From: an uncultured Aliarcobacter sp.
GTDB taxonomy: Bacteria > Campylobacterota > Campylobacteria > Campylobacterales > Arcobacteraceae
Reading direction: 5' to 3'
Length of the DNA stretch: 64,000 nt
NCBI GenBank assembly: GCA_963677435.1
Contig: OY781945.1
Coordinates: 2,240,001-2,304,000 of the forward strand
In this document: positions 9,609-18,698 of the stretch, one piece after another
Position numbering within the stretch: position 1 is the first letter of the stretch
Layout: every line of letters begins with the position of its first letter
Notes under the pieces: generated by a model
Database searches by the model: none
What the model was told of the DNA's origin: nothing
The model's input: only the letters and a program-made list of their open reading frames with translations
Translations under genes and position numbers: made by a program

Positions 9609-10568
9609 TTGAATAGAGTATTTATAACAGATAAAATAACTGACCCTTATATAGAAAAAGAGGTTTTAGGTGAGGAATTATCATCTGAACTACATGAGAA
9701 AATAGAAGTACTTTTAGTTTGGCATAAAAAAATAACAAATGAATTTATTGATAAATTACCAAATCTAAAAGCTCTGGTTAGATATGGAGTTGGTTATGAT
9801 GTATTTGAAGATTTGGAATATATCAAACAAAAAGGCATTTATGCTTCAAATACTCCTGATTATGGAACTGACGAAGTAAGTGATACTGCAATTGCAATGA
9901 TTATGAATATTGCTCGTGGAATTACAAGATATGACTATTTATGTAGAGATTATAAAGATGGTTCTTGGCAATCAAATACTCTTAGTAATATCAAAAGAAA
10001 TAGTGATTATAAACTTGGAGTAATTGGAGCTGGAAGAATTGGTGGAAGCGTTATTTTAAAAGCAAATGCTTTGAGATTTGAAACATATTTTTATGACCCT
10101 TATTTATCAAGTGGAACAGAAAAGATGTTAGGAGCTAAAAGAGTTGATGACTTAGATGAACTACTTGCAACTTGTGATATCATCTCTATAAACTGCCCTT
10201 TAAACGCTGAAACAAATGCCCTAGTTGATGAAAAGTTTATAGCAAAAATGAAAAAAGGTGCATCAATAGTAAACACAGCACGAGGTCCTATTGTAAAAGA
10301 TTTAGATGTATTTTATGAGCCTTTAAAATCTGGACATCTAAATTGTGTAAATCTTGATGTTCTTCCAAGTGAACCACCAAAAAATGGTTTGATGATAGAT
10401 GCATGGAGAGCAAAAGAGAGTTGGCTTGATGGAAGATTTCTTATAAATCCACACTCTGCTTTTTATAGTGATAAAGCTTATTTTGAAATGAGACAAAAAG
10501 CTGCATTAAATGCAAAAAGAGTATTGGATGGGAAAAAACCAATAAATATAGTTAATGGATTAAAATAG
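9609..10568 (+). CDS. D-isomer-specific 2-hydroxyacid dehydrogenase (CtBP-like)
   Basis: RYGVGYD, GAGRIG Rossmann motif, NTARG (Arg), DVLPSEP (Glu), PHSAFYS (His); TTG start. Confidence 0.85.
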   Translation: MNRVFITDKITDPYIEKEVLGEELSSELHEKIEVLLVWHKKITNEFIDKLPNLKALVRYGVGYDVFEDLEYIKQKGIYASNTPDYGTDEVSDTAIAMIMNIARGITRYDYLCRDYKDGSWQSNTLSNIKRNSDYKLGVIGAGRIGGSVILKANALRFETYFYDPYLSSGTEKMLGAKRVDDLDELLATCDIISINCPLNAETNALVDEKFIAKMKKGASIVNTARGPIVKDLDVFYEPLKSGHLNCVNLDVLPSEPPKNGLMIDAWRAKESWLDGRFLINPHSAFYSDKAYFEMRQKAALNAKRVLDGKKPINIVNGLK

Positions 10569-10628
10569 CAATTTTTTACTATATTTAATTTAATTCATTC
10601 TCTATAATACTCATTTTAAGGAGAGAGG

Positions 10629-11519
10629 ATGAATTTAAAAAGTACATTATTAGCATTAATTGTTGTTTTAATTTGGGGAGTTAATTTCTCAGTTATAAAA
10701 TTCGGATTAGAAGAGTTACCTCCTATACTTTTTTCATCTTTGAGATTTTTCATAGTGGCTATTCCTGCTGTATTTTTTATACCTTTTCCTAAAACATCTG
10801 TTTGGAATGTTTTAGGAGTAGGACTGTTTTTAGGTGTTTTAAAATTCTCATTTTTATTTATTGCCATGAAAGCAGATGCAAGTGCTGGAATTTCATCTTT
10901 ACTTTTACAAGCACAAGTTATATTTACAATAATCCTTAGTATGATTATTTTTAAAGAAAAAGTTTCAAATGCACAACTAATAGGTATGATGATTGCTCTT
11001 TATGGTTTTGGATTTTTCTTTTTTACAGTTGATACAAATATCACTCTTTTAGGTATAGTTTTAATACTAAGTGCTGCTGTTTTTTGGTCAATATCAAATG
11101 TAATTATGAAACAGATAAAAGATGTAAATCTTTTACATTTTATGGTTTGGGTAAGTTTAATTCCACCACTTCCATTATTTATACTTTCATATATTTATGA
11201 ATCACATGAGCCTTTAACTTTATTATTAAACTCTAGTGTTAAAACTTGGGCTTCAGTCGCATATACTGGGTATATTTCTACCTTGGTAGCTTTTACTATT
11301 TGGGGTTGGTTACTTAAAAACTATAACTCTGCTGTTGTTACACCTTTTGCATTAGTTATACCTGTTATTGGGATTATTAGTTCGAATATTTTACTTAATG
11401 AGCAACTAAATCAAATAGAGGAAATAGGAGCTATTTTAATATTATTTGGATTGTTTATTTCCGTGTTGGGAAATAAGATTTATAAGTTAGTTTTTAAAAT
11501 AGATAAAAGAAGAGTCTAA
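10629..11519 (+). CDS. EamA/DMT family exporter
   Basis: WGVNFSVIKFGL, two EamA repeats, about 10 TM helices. Confidence 0.9.
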   Translation: MNLKSTLLALIVVLIWGVNFSVIKFGLEELPPILFSSLRFFIVAIPAVFFIPFPKTSVWNVLGVGLFLGVLKFSFLFIAMKADASAGISSLLLQAQVIFTIILSMIIFKEKVSNAQLIGMMIALYGFGFFFFTVDTNITLLGIVLILSAAVFWSISNVIMKQIKDVNLLHFMVWVSLIPPLPLFILSYIYESHEPLTLLLNSSVKTWASVAYTGYISTLVAFTIWGWLLKNYNSAVVTPFALVIPVIGIISSNILLNEQLNQIEEIGAILILFGLFISVLGNKIYKLVFKIDKRRV

Positions 11520-11530
11520 ACTCTTCTTTT
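11505..11530. terminator. Bidirectional intrinsic terminator between convergent genes
   Basis: AAAAGAAGAGT-ctaa-ACTCTTCTTTT. Confidence 0.75.
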
Positions 11531-12766
11531 TTATACTGCTTCTAATTTATCTTTTTTATTATTAAAATTATCAACTATAACAGCACAAACGGCATCACCT
11601 GTGATATTTAAAGTTGTTCTTGTCATATCAAACATTCTGTCTAGTGCAAAAAGTAAAGGTAAACCTTCTATTGGAATACCAGCAGCAATTAATACAGCAA
11701 CCACTAAAAATGAAGGACCTGGAACTCCAGCTTGCCCAATTGCACCAATAGTTGCAGTAAAGATAATAGCTACATAAGCACCAAAACCTAAATCTATATT
11801 ATAAACTTGAGCAAAGAAAATTGCCACTAAACCATAATAAATAGCATTTCCACTCATATTAATAGTAGCACCCAAAGGAAGAACAAATGAACATGTTGAT
11901 TTAGAGATTTTTAAATCATCTTCACAAGTTTTCATATTAACAGGAAGTGTTGCCATTGATGAAGCTGTTGAAAGTGCCACAATTTGAGGTTTTTTCATAG
12001 CAGAAAGAAATTCAAGTACTGGCATTTTTGAAAATAATTTTATTAATAAAGGATAAAATCCATATCCATAAAATAATAAAGCTCCAATATATACAATAAA
12101 TAATTTTCCAACAAGTTCCAACATATCAAAACCATAAGTACCAACAGAATCAGCCATAAGACCAAATACCCCAATTGGAGCTAGGAACATCACAACTGTT
12201 ACCATCCAAATTAATGCTTGAGTTATTGCCTCTAAGCCATTTAAAATTCCAACACTTTTTTCTTTTGGTACTTTTGAAAGAGCAATACCAAAAAATAGAC
12301 AAAATACTAAAATTTGAAGAATATTTGCATCAATAAGAGATTGGAATATATTTGTAGGAATCATTCCAATTACTGTTTCAATTGCACTTGGTAATTGACC
12401 TTTATCCGCATATTGATTTGAGAACATATGATTAACACTACTTAAATCAAGTCCAACACCTGGCTTAAATATTTCACCAGCAAAAATTGCAACTGCAACG
12501 GCAAAAGCAGAAGAAACTAGGAAAAAAGTAATTGTTCCGATTCCTACTTTTCCAGCACTTGGACTATCACTTAAATTTGCAGCACCAGAAATAATTGAAA
12601 TAACAATTAATGGTATAACTAACATTTTAATTAAATGAATAAATATTGTACCTAAAGGAGCAAACACAGATGCACCCTCACCCATCATAACACCTACAAT
12701 AGTACCCAAAATCATCGCAATCAAAATTTGAAATCCGATATTTCTAAATAACGATTTCTTTTTCAT
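11531..12766 (-). CDS. Dicarboxylate/amino acid:cation symporter (DAACS, GltP-like)
   Basis: STASSMATLP, LPLGATINMSG, GQAGVPG, DRMFDMTRT motifs. Confidence 0.9.
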   Translation of the reverse strand: MKKKSLFRNIGFQILIAMILGTIVGVMMGEGASVFAPLGTIFIHLIKMLVIPLIVISIISGAANLSDSPSAGKVGIGTITFFLVSSAFAVAVAIFAGEIFKPGVGLDLSSVNHMFSNQYADKGQLPSAIETVIGMIPTNIFQSLIDANILQILVFCLFFGIALSKVPKEKSVGILNGLEAITQALIWMVTVVMFLAPIGVFGLMADSVGTYGFDMLELVGKLFIVYIGALLFYGYGFYPLLIKLFSKMPVLEFLSAMKKPQIVALSTASSMATLPVNMKTCEDDLKISKSTCSFVLPLGATINMSGNAIYYGLVAIFFAQVYNIDLGFGAYVAIIFTATIGAIGQAGVPGPSFLVVAVLIAAGIPIEGLPLLFALDRMFDMTRTTLNITGDAVCAVIVDNFNNKKDKLEAV

Positions 12767-12844
12767 GTAGCCCCTTTTTATATATTTTAGTAATAAACTA
12801 TAACTTTTTGAAGTGTATAAAAAGTAGTGTTCATTTTATATTAA

Positions 12845-13696
12845 TCAATGTCCTCTTCCAAGCATTTCAGTAGCTTCTGTGATTATTAAAAATCCATCTG
12901 GATCATTTTTCTTCACAATCTCTCTTAATTTCTGTAGTTTATCTACCTTTACTACAATTAAAATCATTTTTTTATCTTGATTATCAAACAGACCATCACC
13001 TCTTATTATTGTTCCTTCAGGACCTAATTCTTCTCTTATAATTTCTTTAAGAATTTGAGTCTTTTGAGTTACTAAATAAACTACTTTTTTATTTAAATTA
13101 CCAGTTAAAATAACATCGATTATTTTTGCAGTAATATAAATACTAACTATACTCCATAATACTTTTTTTGTATCTTCAAGTATAAATAAAGATGAAAAAA
13201 TAATCAAAAAATCAATTACCAAAATAACTTGACCTGGTTTAATCTCTGTTTTTGATGAAATAATTCTTGCCAATATTGTTGAACCACCAGCTGTAGAATT
13301 TCCTTTAATAGTAAAGGCTAAGCCAATACCTACAAAAATACCACCAAATATTGCGCCCAAAGCATCATCCATAACAAAAGGTTTTACATGAACTATTTGA
13401 GTTAAAAAATCAATAAATACAGATATTAAAATAATAGTCAAAATAGTTCGAACAGCGAACATTTTCCCAAGATATTTAATCCCTATTAATATCAAAGGTA
13501 AATTAATCAAAACAATAATAGTTCCAATTGTTAGATTTGTCATATAGTGAACTAATAATGCCAGACCAGCAGAACCACCAGTAATTAGTTCGTTAGGTGC
13601 AAAAAAGCCAACTACTGATAGAGATAAAAAAATTGAACCTATTACTATAAAAGCATAGTTTTTAAGTTCTTCCATTGAAAAAAAAGTATTCATCAC
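12845..13696 (-). CDS. YitT family membrane protein
   Basis: GGSAGLA, INLPL, STAGGS, C-terminal DUF2179-like DPDGFLII. Confidence 0.85.
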   Translation of the reverse strand: MMNTFFSMEELKNYAFIVIGSIFLSLSVVGFFAPNELITGGSAGLALLVHYMTNLTIGTIIVLINLPLILIGIKYLGKMFAVRTILTIILISVFIDFLTQIVHVKPFVMDDALGAIFGGIFVGIGLAFTIKGNSTAGGSTILARIISSKTEIKPGQVILVIDFLIIFSSLFILEDTKKVLWSIVSIYITAKIIDVILTGNLNKKVVYLVTQKTQILKEIIREELGPEGTIIRGDGLFDNQDKKMILIVVKVDKLQKLREIVKKNDPDGFLIITEATEMLGRGH

Positions 13697-13780
13697 AATC
13701 CTATTAATAATTTTATAAAATTTTAGCCGTTTCTCTTTGATAGAATGATTATTTCGGTATTTAGCAATTTATTTTTAACA

Positions 13781-13814
13781 AAAAAAAGGGAAGAGGCAAA
13801 GCCTCTCCCCTTTT
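13781..13814 (-). terminator. Intrinsic terminator downstream of acnB
   Basis: Imperfect GC-rich hairpin GGGAAGAGGC-aaa-GCCTCTCCCC with A-run on + (U-tail on -). Confidence 0.75.
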
Positions 13815-13834
13815 GTACAGCTTAAAAATAACTA

Positions 13835-16408
13835 TTAAGAGTGTACTAAGTTTTTTAATTGTGCAGGAGTAACTTGGTGGAAGTTTAAGTATTTATAAAC
13901 ACCCTCTCTGTTTTTCTCTGTAATTTTTTTAGGTACGATTTCCATATATTCTTCAACAGATGGTAATCTTCCTAAAAGTGCAGTAACCGCAGCAACTTCA
14001 GCAGAACCTAAATAAACTTGAGAACCTTTTCCTAGTCTATTATCAAAGTTTCTTGTAGATGTTGAGAATACAGCAGCACCTTCAGATACTTGTGCTTGGT
14101 TACCCATACATAAAGAACATCCAGGTATTTCAAGTCTTGCACCAGCTGCTGCAAAGATTGAGTAGTAACCCTCTTCTGTTAATTGCTCTTTATCCATTTT
14201 TGTTGGTGGTGCAACCCATAATTTAGCTGGAACTTCACCCTCACCTTTAAGTACTTCTCCTAAAGCTCTAAATAATCCGATATTAGTCATACAAGAACCT
14301 ACGAATACTTCGTCGATTTTTTTAAGTCTTTTTGGATCATTATTGATGTTTGTTAATGTATCAACATCATCTGGATCATTTGGACAAGCTAAGATTGGCT
14401 CAGTAATTGTATTTAAATCAATCTCGATGATTGCTTTATATTCAGCATCAGCATCAGGAGTTAATAATACTGGATTTTTGATCCATTCTTTCATTTTATC
14501 AGCTCTTCTTTGAAGAGTTTTAGCGTCTTCATAACCCTCTTCAATCATTTTTTCAATTAAAGCAATATTTGAAGATAGATACTCAATAATTGGTTCTTTA
14601 TCTAATTGAACAGAACAAGCTGCTGCTGATCTTTCTGCTGCTGAATCTGATAATTCGAATGCTTGCTCAACTTTTAAGTCTGGTAAACCTTGAATTTCAA
14701 TAATTGTTCCAGCAAATACATTTTTCTTACCTTTTTTCTCAACAGTTAATAAACCATCTTGAATAGCTTGGTAAGGAATAGCATTAACTAAATCTCTTAA
14801 AGTAATACCTGGTTGCATTTCACCTTTGAATCTTACTAATACAGATTCTGGCATAGTTAAAGGCATCATACCTGTAACTCCAGCAAATGCTATAAGACCA
14901 GATCCAGCTGGGAATGAAATACCAATTGGGAATCTTGTATGTGAATCTCCACCAGTACCTACTGTATCTGGTAAACATAATCTATTTAACCATGAGTGAA
15001 TAACACCATCACCTGGTCTTAATGTAACTCCACCTCTTGAAGAGATGAACTCTGGTAAAGTATGTCTTAATTTAATGTCAGCTGGTTTTGGATAAGCAGC
15101 TGTATGACAGAATGATTGCATAACCATATCAGCACCAAAAGAAAGTGCAGCAAGTTCTTTAATCTCATCTCTAGTCATTGGTCCAGTTGTATCTTGAGAT
15201 CCTACAGTTGTAGCGATTGGCTCTACATACATACCAGGTTTAACACCTTCAACACCACAAGCTTTTCCTACCATTTTTTGAGCTTGAGTAAATCCTTTAC
15301 CATTATCAGCTGGTTGAGAAGCTGCGATAAATGCAGTTGAAGCACCTAATCCTAAAGCTTCTCTAGCTTTTGCAGTTAAACCTTTACCAATAATTAATGG
15401 AATTCTTCCCCCTGCTCTCATTTCGTCTGTTAATGTATTTGGAGCTAAAGTAAATTTAGAAACAACAGCACCATCTTTTTCAATTACACCAGCGTATGGT
15501 TTAATTGTAATAACATCACCAGTTTCTAAAGCATCTACTGAAGCTTCGATTGGTAAACATCCTGAATCTTCTGCAGTATTGAAGAAAATTGGAGCGATGA
15601 TTGAACCTAATACAACCCCACCAGTTCTTTTATTTGGAACACCTGGGATGTCTCTTCCCATATGCCATTGAACTGAGTTGATACCTGATTTTCTTGAAGA
15701 TCCAGTTCCAACAACATCACCAACATATGCTAAAGGGTGACCTTTTGTTTTTAATTCAGCCATTTTTTCTAATGGTTTTTCCATTCTTGATTGTAACATT
15801 GCAGTTGCATGTAATGGAATATCAGATCTTGTAAATGCAACAGTTGCAGGAGATAAATCATCTGTATTTGTTTCACCAGGAATTTTATATACAGTTAGAG
15901 TCATTTCTTCTTCTAAAGCAGGTTTATTAGTAAACCATTCAGCATTTGCCCATGATTCGATAACTTCTTTAGCTTTTGCATTTCCAGCGTCCATTAATTC
16001 TTTTACATCGTTGAATGCATTATAAACTAGGATAGTATTTTTTAATTCATTTGCTGCTGCATCTGCAACTTCAGCAATTTTTAATGCTTCAACAAGTGGA
16101 GTAACATTAAATCCACCCATCATTGTTCCTAAAATTTCAATTGCTTGAACTTTAGAAATTACAGAACAAGTTACATTTCCTTGAACAATGTCATTTAAAA
16201 ATGCAGCTTTTACATAAGCAGCATCATCAACACCTGGGTTGATTTTGTTTGTAAATAAATCTAAACAGTATTCAGCTTCAACAACAGGATTAGCTTTTAA
16301 TAATTCTACTAATTCAGCAGTTTGTTCAGCAGTTAAAGGTAATGCAGGTAATCCACCCTCATTAAGTCTTTCTTGCGAATGTGCTTTATAATTTGCTAAT
16401 AAACTCAT
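13835..16408 (-). CDS. acnB: Aconitate hydratase B / 2-methylisocitrate dehydratase
   Basis: N-terminal HEAT-like domain, [42 protein letters not shown]. Confidence 0.97.
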   Translation of the reverse strand: MSLLANYKAHSQERLNEGGLPALPLTAEQTAELVELLKANPVVEAEYCLDLFTNKINPGVDDAAYVKAAFLNDIVQGNVTCSVISKVQAIEILGTMMGGFNVTPLVEALKIAEVADAAANELKNTILVYNAFNDVKELMDAGNAKAKEVIESWANAEWFTNKPALEEEMTLTVYKIPGETNTDDLSPATVAFTRSDIPLHATAMLQSRMEKPLEKMAELKTKGHPLAYVGDVVGTGSSRKSGINSVQWHMGRDIPGVPNKRTGGVVLGSIIAPIFFNTAEDSGCLPIEASVDALETGDVITIKPYAGVIEKDGAVVSKFTLAPNTLTDEMRAGGRIPLIIGKGLTAKAREALGLGASTAFIAASQPADNGKGFTQAQKMVGKACGVEGVKPGMYVEPIATTVGSQDTTGPMTRDEIKELAALSFGADMVMQSFCHTAAYPKPADIKLRHTLPEFISSRGGVTLRPGDGVIHSWLNRLCLPDTVGTGGDSHTRFPIGISFPAGSGLIAFAGVTGMMPLTMPESVLVRFKGEMQPGITLRDLVNAIPYQAIQDGLLTVEKKGKKNVFAGTIIEIQGLPDLKVEQAFELSDSAAERSAAACSVQLDKEPIIEYLSSNIALIEKMIEEGYEDAKTLQRRADKMKEWIKNPVLLTPDADAEYKAIIEIDLNTITEPILACPNDPDDVDTLTNINNDPKRLKKIDEVFVGSCMTNIGLFRALGEVLKGEGEVPAKLWVAPPTKMDKEQLTEEGYYSIFAAAGARLEIPGCSLCMGNQAQVSEGAAVFSTSTRNFDNRLGKGSQVYLGSAEVAAVTALLGRLPSVEEYMEIVPKKITEKNREGVYKYLNFHQVTPAQLKNLVHS

Positions 16409-16443
16409 ATATTATCTCCTCTTTATTTTAGAAAGTTTGGTTT

Positions 16444-16452
16444 ATTATATCA
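16444..16452 (-). promoter_or_regulatory. Extended -10 promoter of acnB (TGATATAAT)
   Basis: Reverse complement of attatatca, 36 bp upstream of ATG; GAGGAG SD. Confidence 0.6.
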
Positions 16453-16707
16453 CAAAGAAAAAAATTAGTATGTACAATTTTTGTAAAGAATTGTACAAGT
16501 CTTTATTTATGTAAACAAAAGTTACACTATGGGTAAAAAGAGAGATTAAATAATTTTCTTATACTATATAATTGTACTATAATCATCCTATTGATGTACA
16601 ATTATTGTACATAATATTTATTCTTTGCTCAATATGTTTTTTGTACTATAATAATTAAGTTACAATAAAAAATTAATCAAATTCTATTAAAAAATAAAGA
16701 GTAAAAA

Positions 16708-17148
16708 ATGATACAAGAACTTCAAAATAAACTTTACAATGAGATTCCACTAACAAAAATGATGGAATTACAAATCAAAGATTATAATATAAATGAGTTA
16801 ATAACCACAGCTCCACTTGAGCCAAATATAAATGACAAAGGTACAGCTTTTGGTGGAAGTTTATCAACTTTAAGCATCATAAGTGCATGGAGCGTATGTT
16901 GGTTAGTTTCAAGAGAGTTAGGCTTTGATTCAAATAATATTGTAATCATAAAAAATGAAACTAGCTTTAGAAAACCAGTAATAAAAAAGATAATTTGCCA
17001 TACAAAAAAACCATCTATTCAAGAAATAGAAATATTAAAACAAAAATTAGAAAATAAAAAAAGTGCTTCTATAAAAATAGAATCACAAATAATTGAAGAT
17101 GGAAAGATATGTGTTGATTTTGTGGGATATTATGTTATTAAAGTATAA
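16708..17148 (+). CDS. YiiD C-terminal-like thioesterase (hotdog fold)
   Basis: IPLTKMM, APLEPNINDKGTAFGGS motif. Confidence 0.85.
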   Translation: MIQELQNKLYNEIPLTKMMELQIKDYNINELITTAPLEPNINDKGTAFGGSLSTLSIISAWSVCWLVSRELGFDSNNIVIIKNETSFRKPVIKKIICHTKKPSIQEIEILKQKLENKKSASIKIESQIIEDGKICVDFVGYYVIKV

Positions 17149-17170
17149 ATAAACAGAAGCTTCTTAGCTT

Positions 17171-17281
17171 CTATTTACTTAAGAAAGTAGATTTTTTCTC
17201 TTTTTTATCATTTCTTTTTTCTTTTAAAGATTTTTCAGATTTTTTCTTAACTTCTTTTTGAGAGTCTTTACCTTTTGCCAT
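17171..17281 (-). CDS. Small lysine-rich protein (36 aa)
   Basis: AAAGGA SD 6 nt before ATG at 17281; MAKGKDSQKEVKKKSEKSLKEKRNDKKEKKSTFLSK. Confidence 0.6.
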   Translation of the reverse strand: MAKGKDSQKEVKKKSEKSLKEKRNDKKEKKSTFLSK

Positions 17282-17419
17282 TTTATTTCCTTTATTTAAA
17301 TTTATTAGTACTATTACAAAAACATTGTATCTGAATAAATAGATTATAACTTCATAATTAATTTTTATGTACAATCTAAAACAATTAATATTTGTATATA
17401 TTTATTAAAAGGTTTTAAA

Positions 17420-17959
17420 ATGATTGATTCAACAAATATGAAAATAGCTAAACTTGGTGAAAAAGTTTTGAGAAAAAAAGCTAAAAAAGTAAAAGATGTA
17501 AAAAGTGAAGAGACAAAAGAGATAATTTCAATTATGAGTGATACTTTAAAAAAATCAAATGGAGTTGGCCTTGCTGCTCCTCAAATCTCTATTTCAAAGC
17601 AGATAATGATTATTTCATCAAAACCAAATGATAGATACCCAAATGCTCCATTGATGCAAGAGTTAGTTTTAATAAATCCCCAAATAATAAAAACTTCAAG
17701 GGCCAAAAACAGAGATTGGGAAGGATGTCTTAGTATTCCAGGAATTAGAGCCAGAGTTCCTAGATTTAATAAAATAAAAGTAAAATACAAAACTTCAGAT
17801 GATGAAGAAAAAACTATTGTCTTTAAAGATTTTGTAGCTAGAATTTTTCAACATGAGTATGACCATTTAATTGGACTTGCCTATATTGATAGAGTTGAAT
17901 CAAATAAAGATATCATAAGTGAAGAAGTTTATTTAAAAAAAATCAAGGAAAAAAAATGA
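17420..17959 (+). CDS. def: Peptide deformylase
   Basis: GVGLAAPQ, EGCLS, QHEYDHL motifs. Confidence 0.95.
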   Translation: MIDSTNMKIAKLGEKVLRKKAKKVKDVKSEETKEIISIMSDTLKKSNGVGLAAPQISISKQIMIISSKPNDRYPNAPLMQELVLINPQIIKTSRAKNRDWEGCLSIPGIRARVPRFNKIKVKYKTSDDEEKTIVFKDFVARIFQHEYDHLIGLAYIDRVESNKDIISEEVYLKKIKEKK

Positions 17960-18213
17960 CAAATATAGAAAAACTTGCAAAAATACTAAAAGAAGAGTTA
18001 ATCCCAGAACTTGACGAAAATCTAGAAGAGATGATGGATATTATTGATAGTGGCGATTGTTCAAAAGATGATAGGGATGAGCTTAAATATCTTGAAGAGA
18101 TGAAAGTATATTTTGATGAAGTTGAACTAGATATTGCAAACAATAACCTTACAGAAGAAGATGCTTTAGATATTTTAGAAGTTCTTGAAGAGATGAGATT
18201 GGATAAAGAGTAG
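17956..18213 (+). CDS. Small acidic hypothetical protein
   Basis: ATGA overlap with def, AAGGA SD; very D/E-rich; resembles 47321..47611. Confidence 0.75.
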   Translation: MTNIEKLAKILKEELIPELDENLEEMMDIIDSGDCSKDDRDELKYLEEMKVYFDEVELDIANNNLTEEDALDILEVLEEMRLDKE

Positions 18214-18217
18214 GAAA

Positions 18218-18541
18218 TTACTCTTTATTTGAAGTTAAAATACTACGAGTAGGCAAACTATTTTCAATTTTTCTATCTATAAAACTGCAAACAAAAAATA
18301 AAATCACCAACCAAATCATATAAATAATATTTAAAACCTCCTTATTTGTGACAAAATTGATTATAAATAAAGAACTAAATAGCACAAAAACAATTGATAA
18401 AAATATCCATAAAAAATATGTTTTCGTGTGTTTTAAACTAAATGTAGTAGAACAATTTGGGCAAATATGTTTTCCTAAAAGACTTTTAAAATATCTTTTT
18501 GTTGTTAGTTCAATTTTTTCGTTGCAGTTTGGACAATTCAT
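18218..18541 (-). CDS. CxxC-x20-CxxC zinc-ribbon membrane protein
   Basis: CPNC-(20 aa)-CPNC followed by two TM helices; GAGG SD. Confidence 0.7.
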   Translation of the reverse strand: MNCPNCNEKIELTTKRYFKSLLGKHICPNCSTTFSLKHTKTYFLWIFLSIVFVLFSSLFIINFVTNKEVLNIIYMIWLVILFFVCSFIDRKIENSLPTRSILTSNKE

Positions 18542-18698
18542 GAATTTACCTCATATTTTTATTTGCTCTTTTAATTTTATCCCAACTAGCATAAAAACAA
18601 CTCAAAATAATTTTATATTTTTTTACAAAATTATTTTTTAACCTTTCATTAACTTAAACATTATAAAATTATCTTAATAAAGTATCATAGGAGCTAAA

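Noticed and set aside
5005..12766. Accessory block as an integron or transposon cargo
   Set aside because: No integrase, transposase, attC-like sites or terminal repeats seen; the genes overlap as an operon
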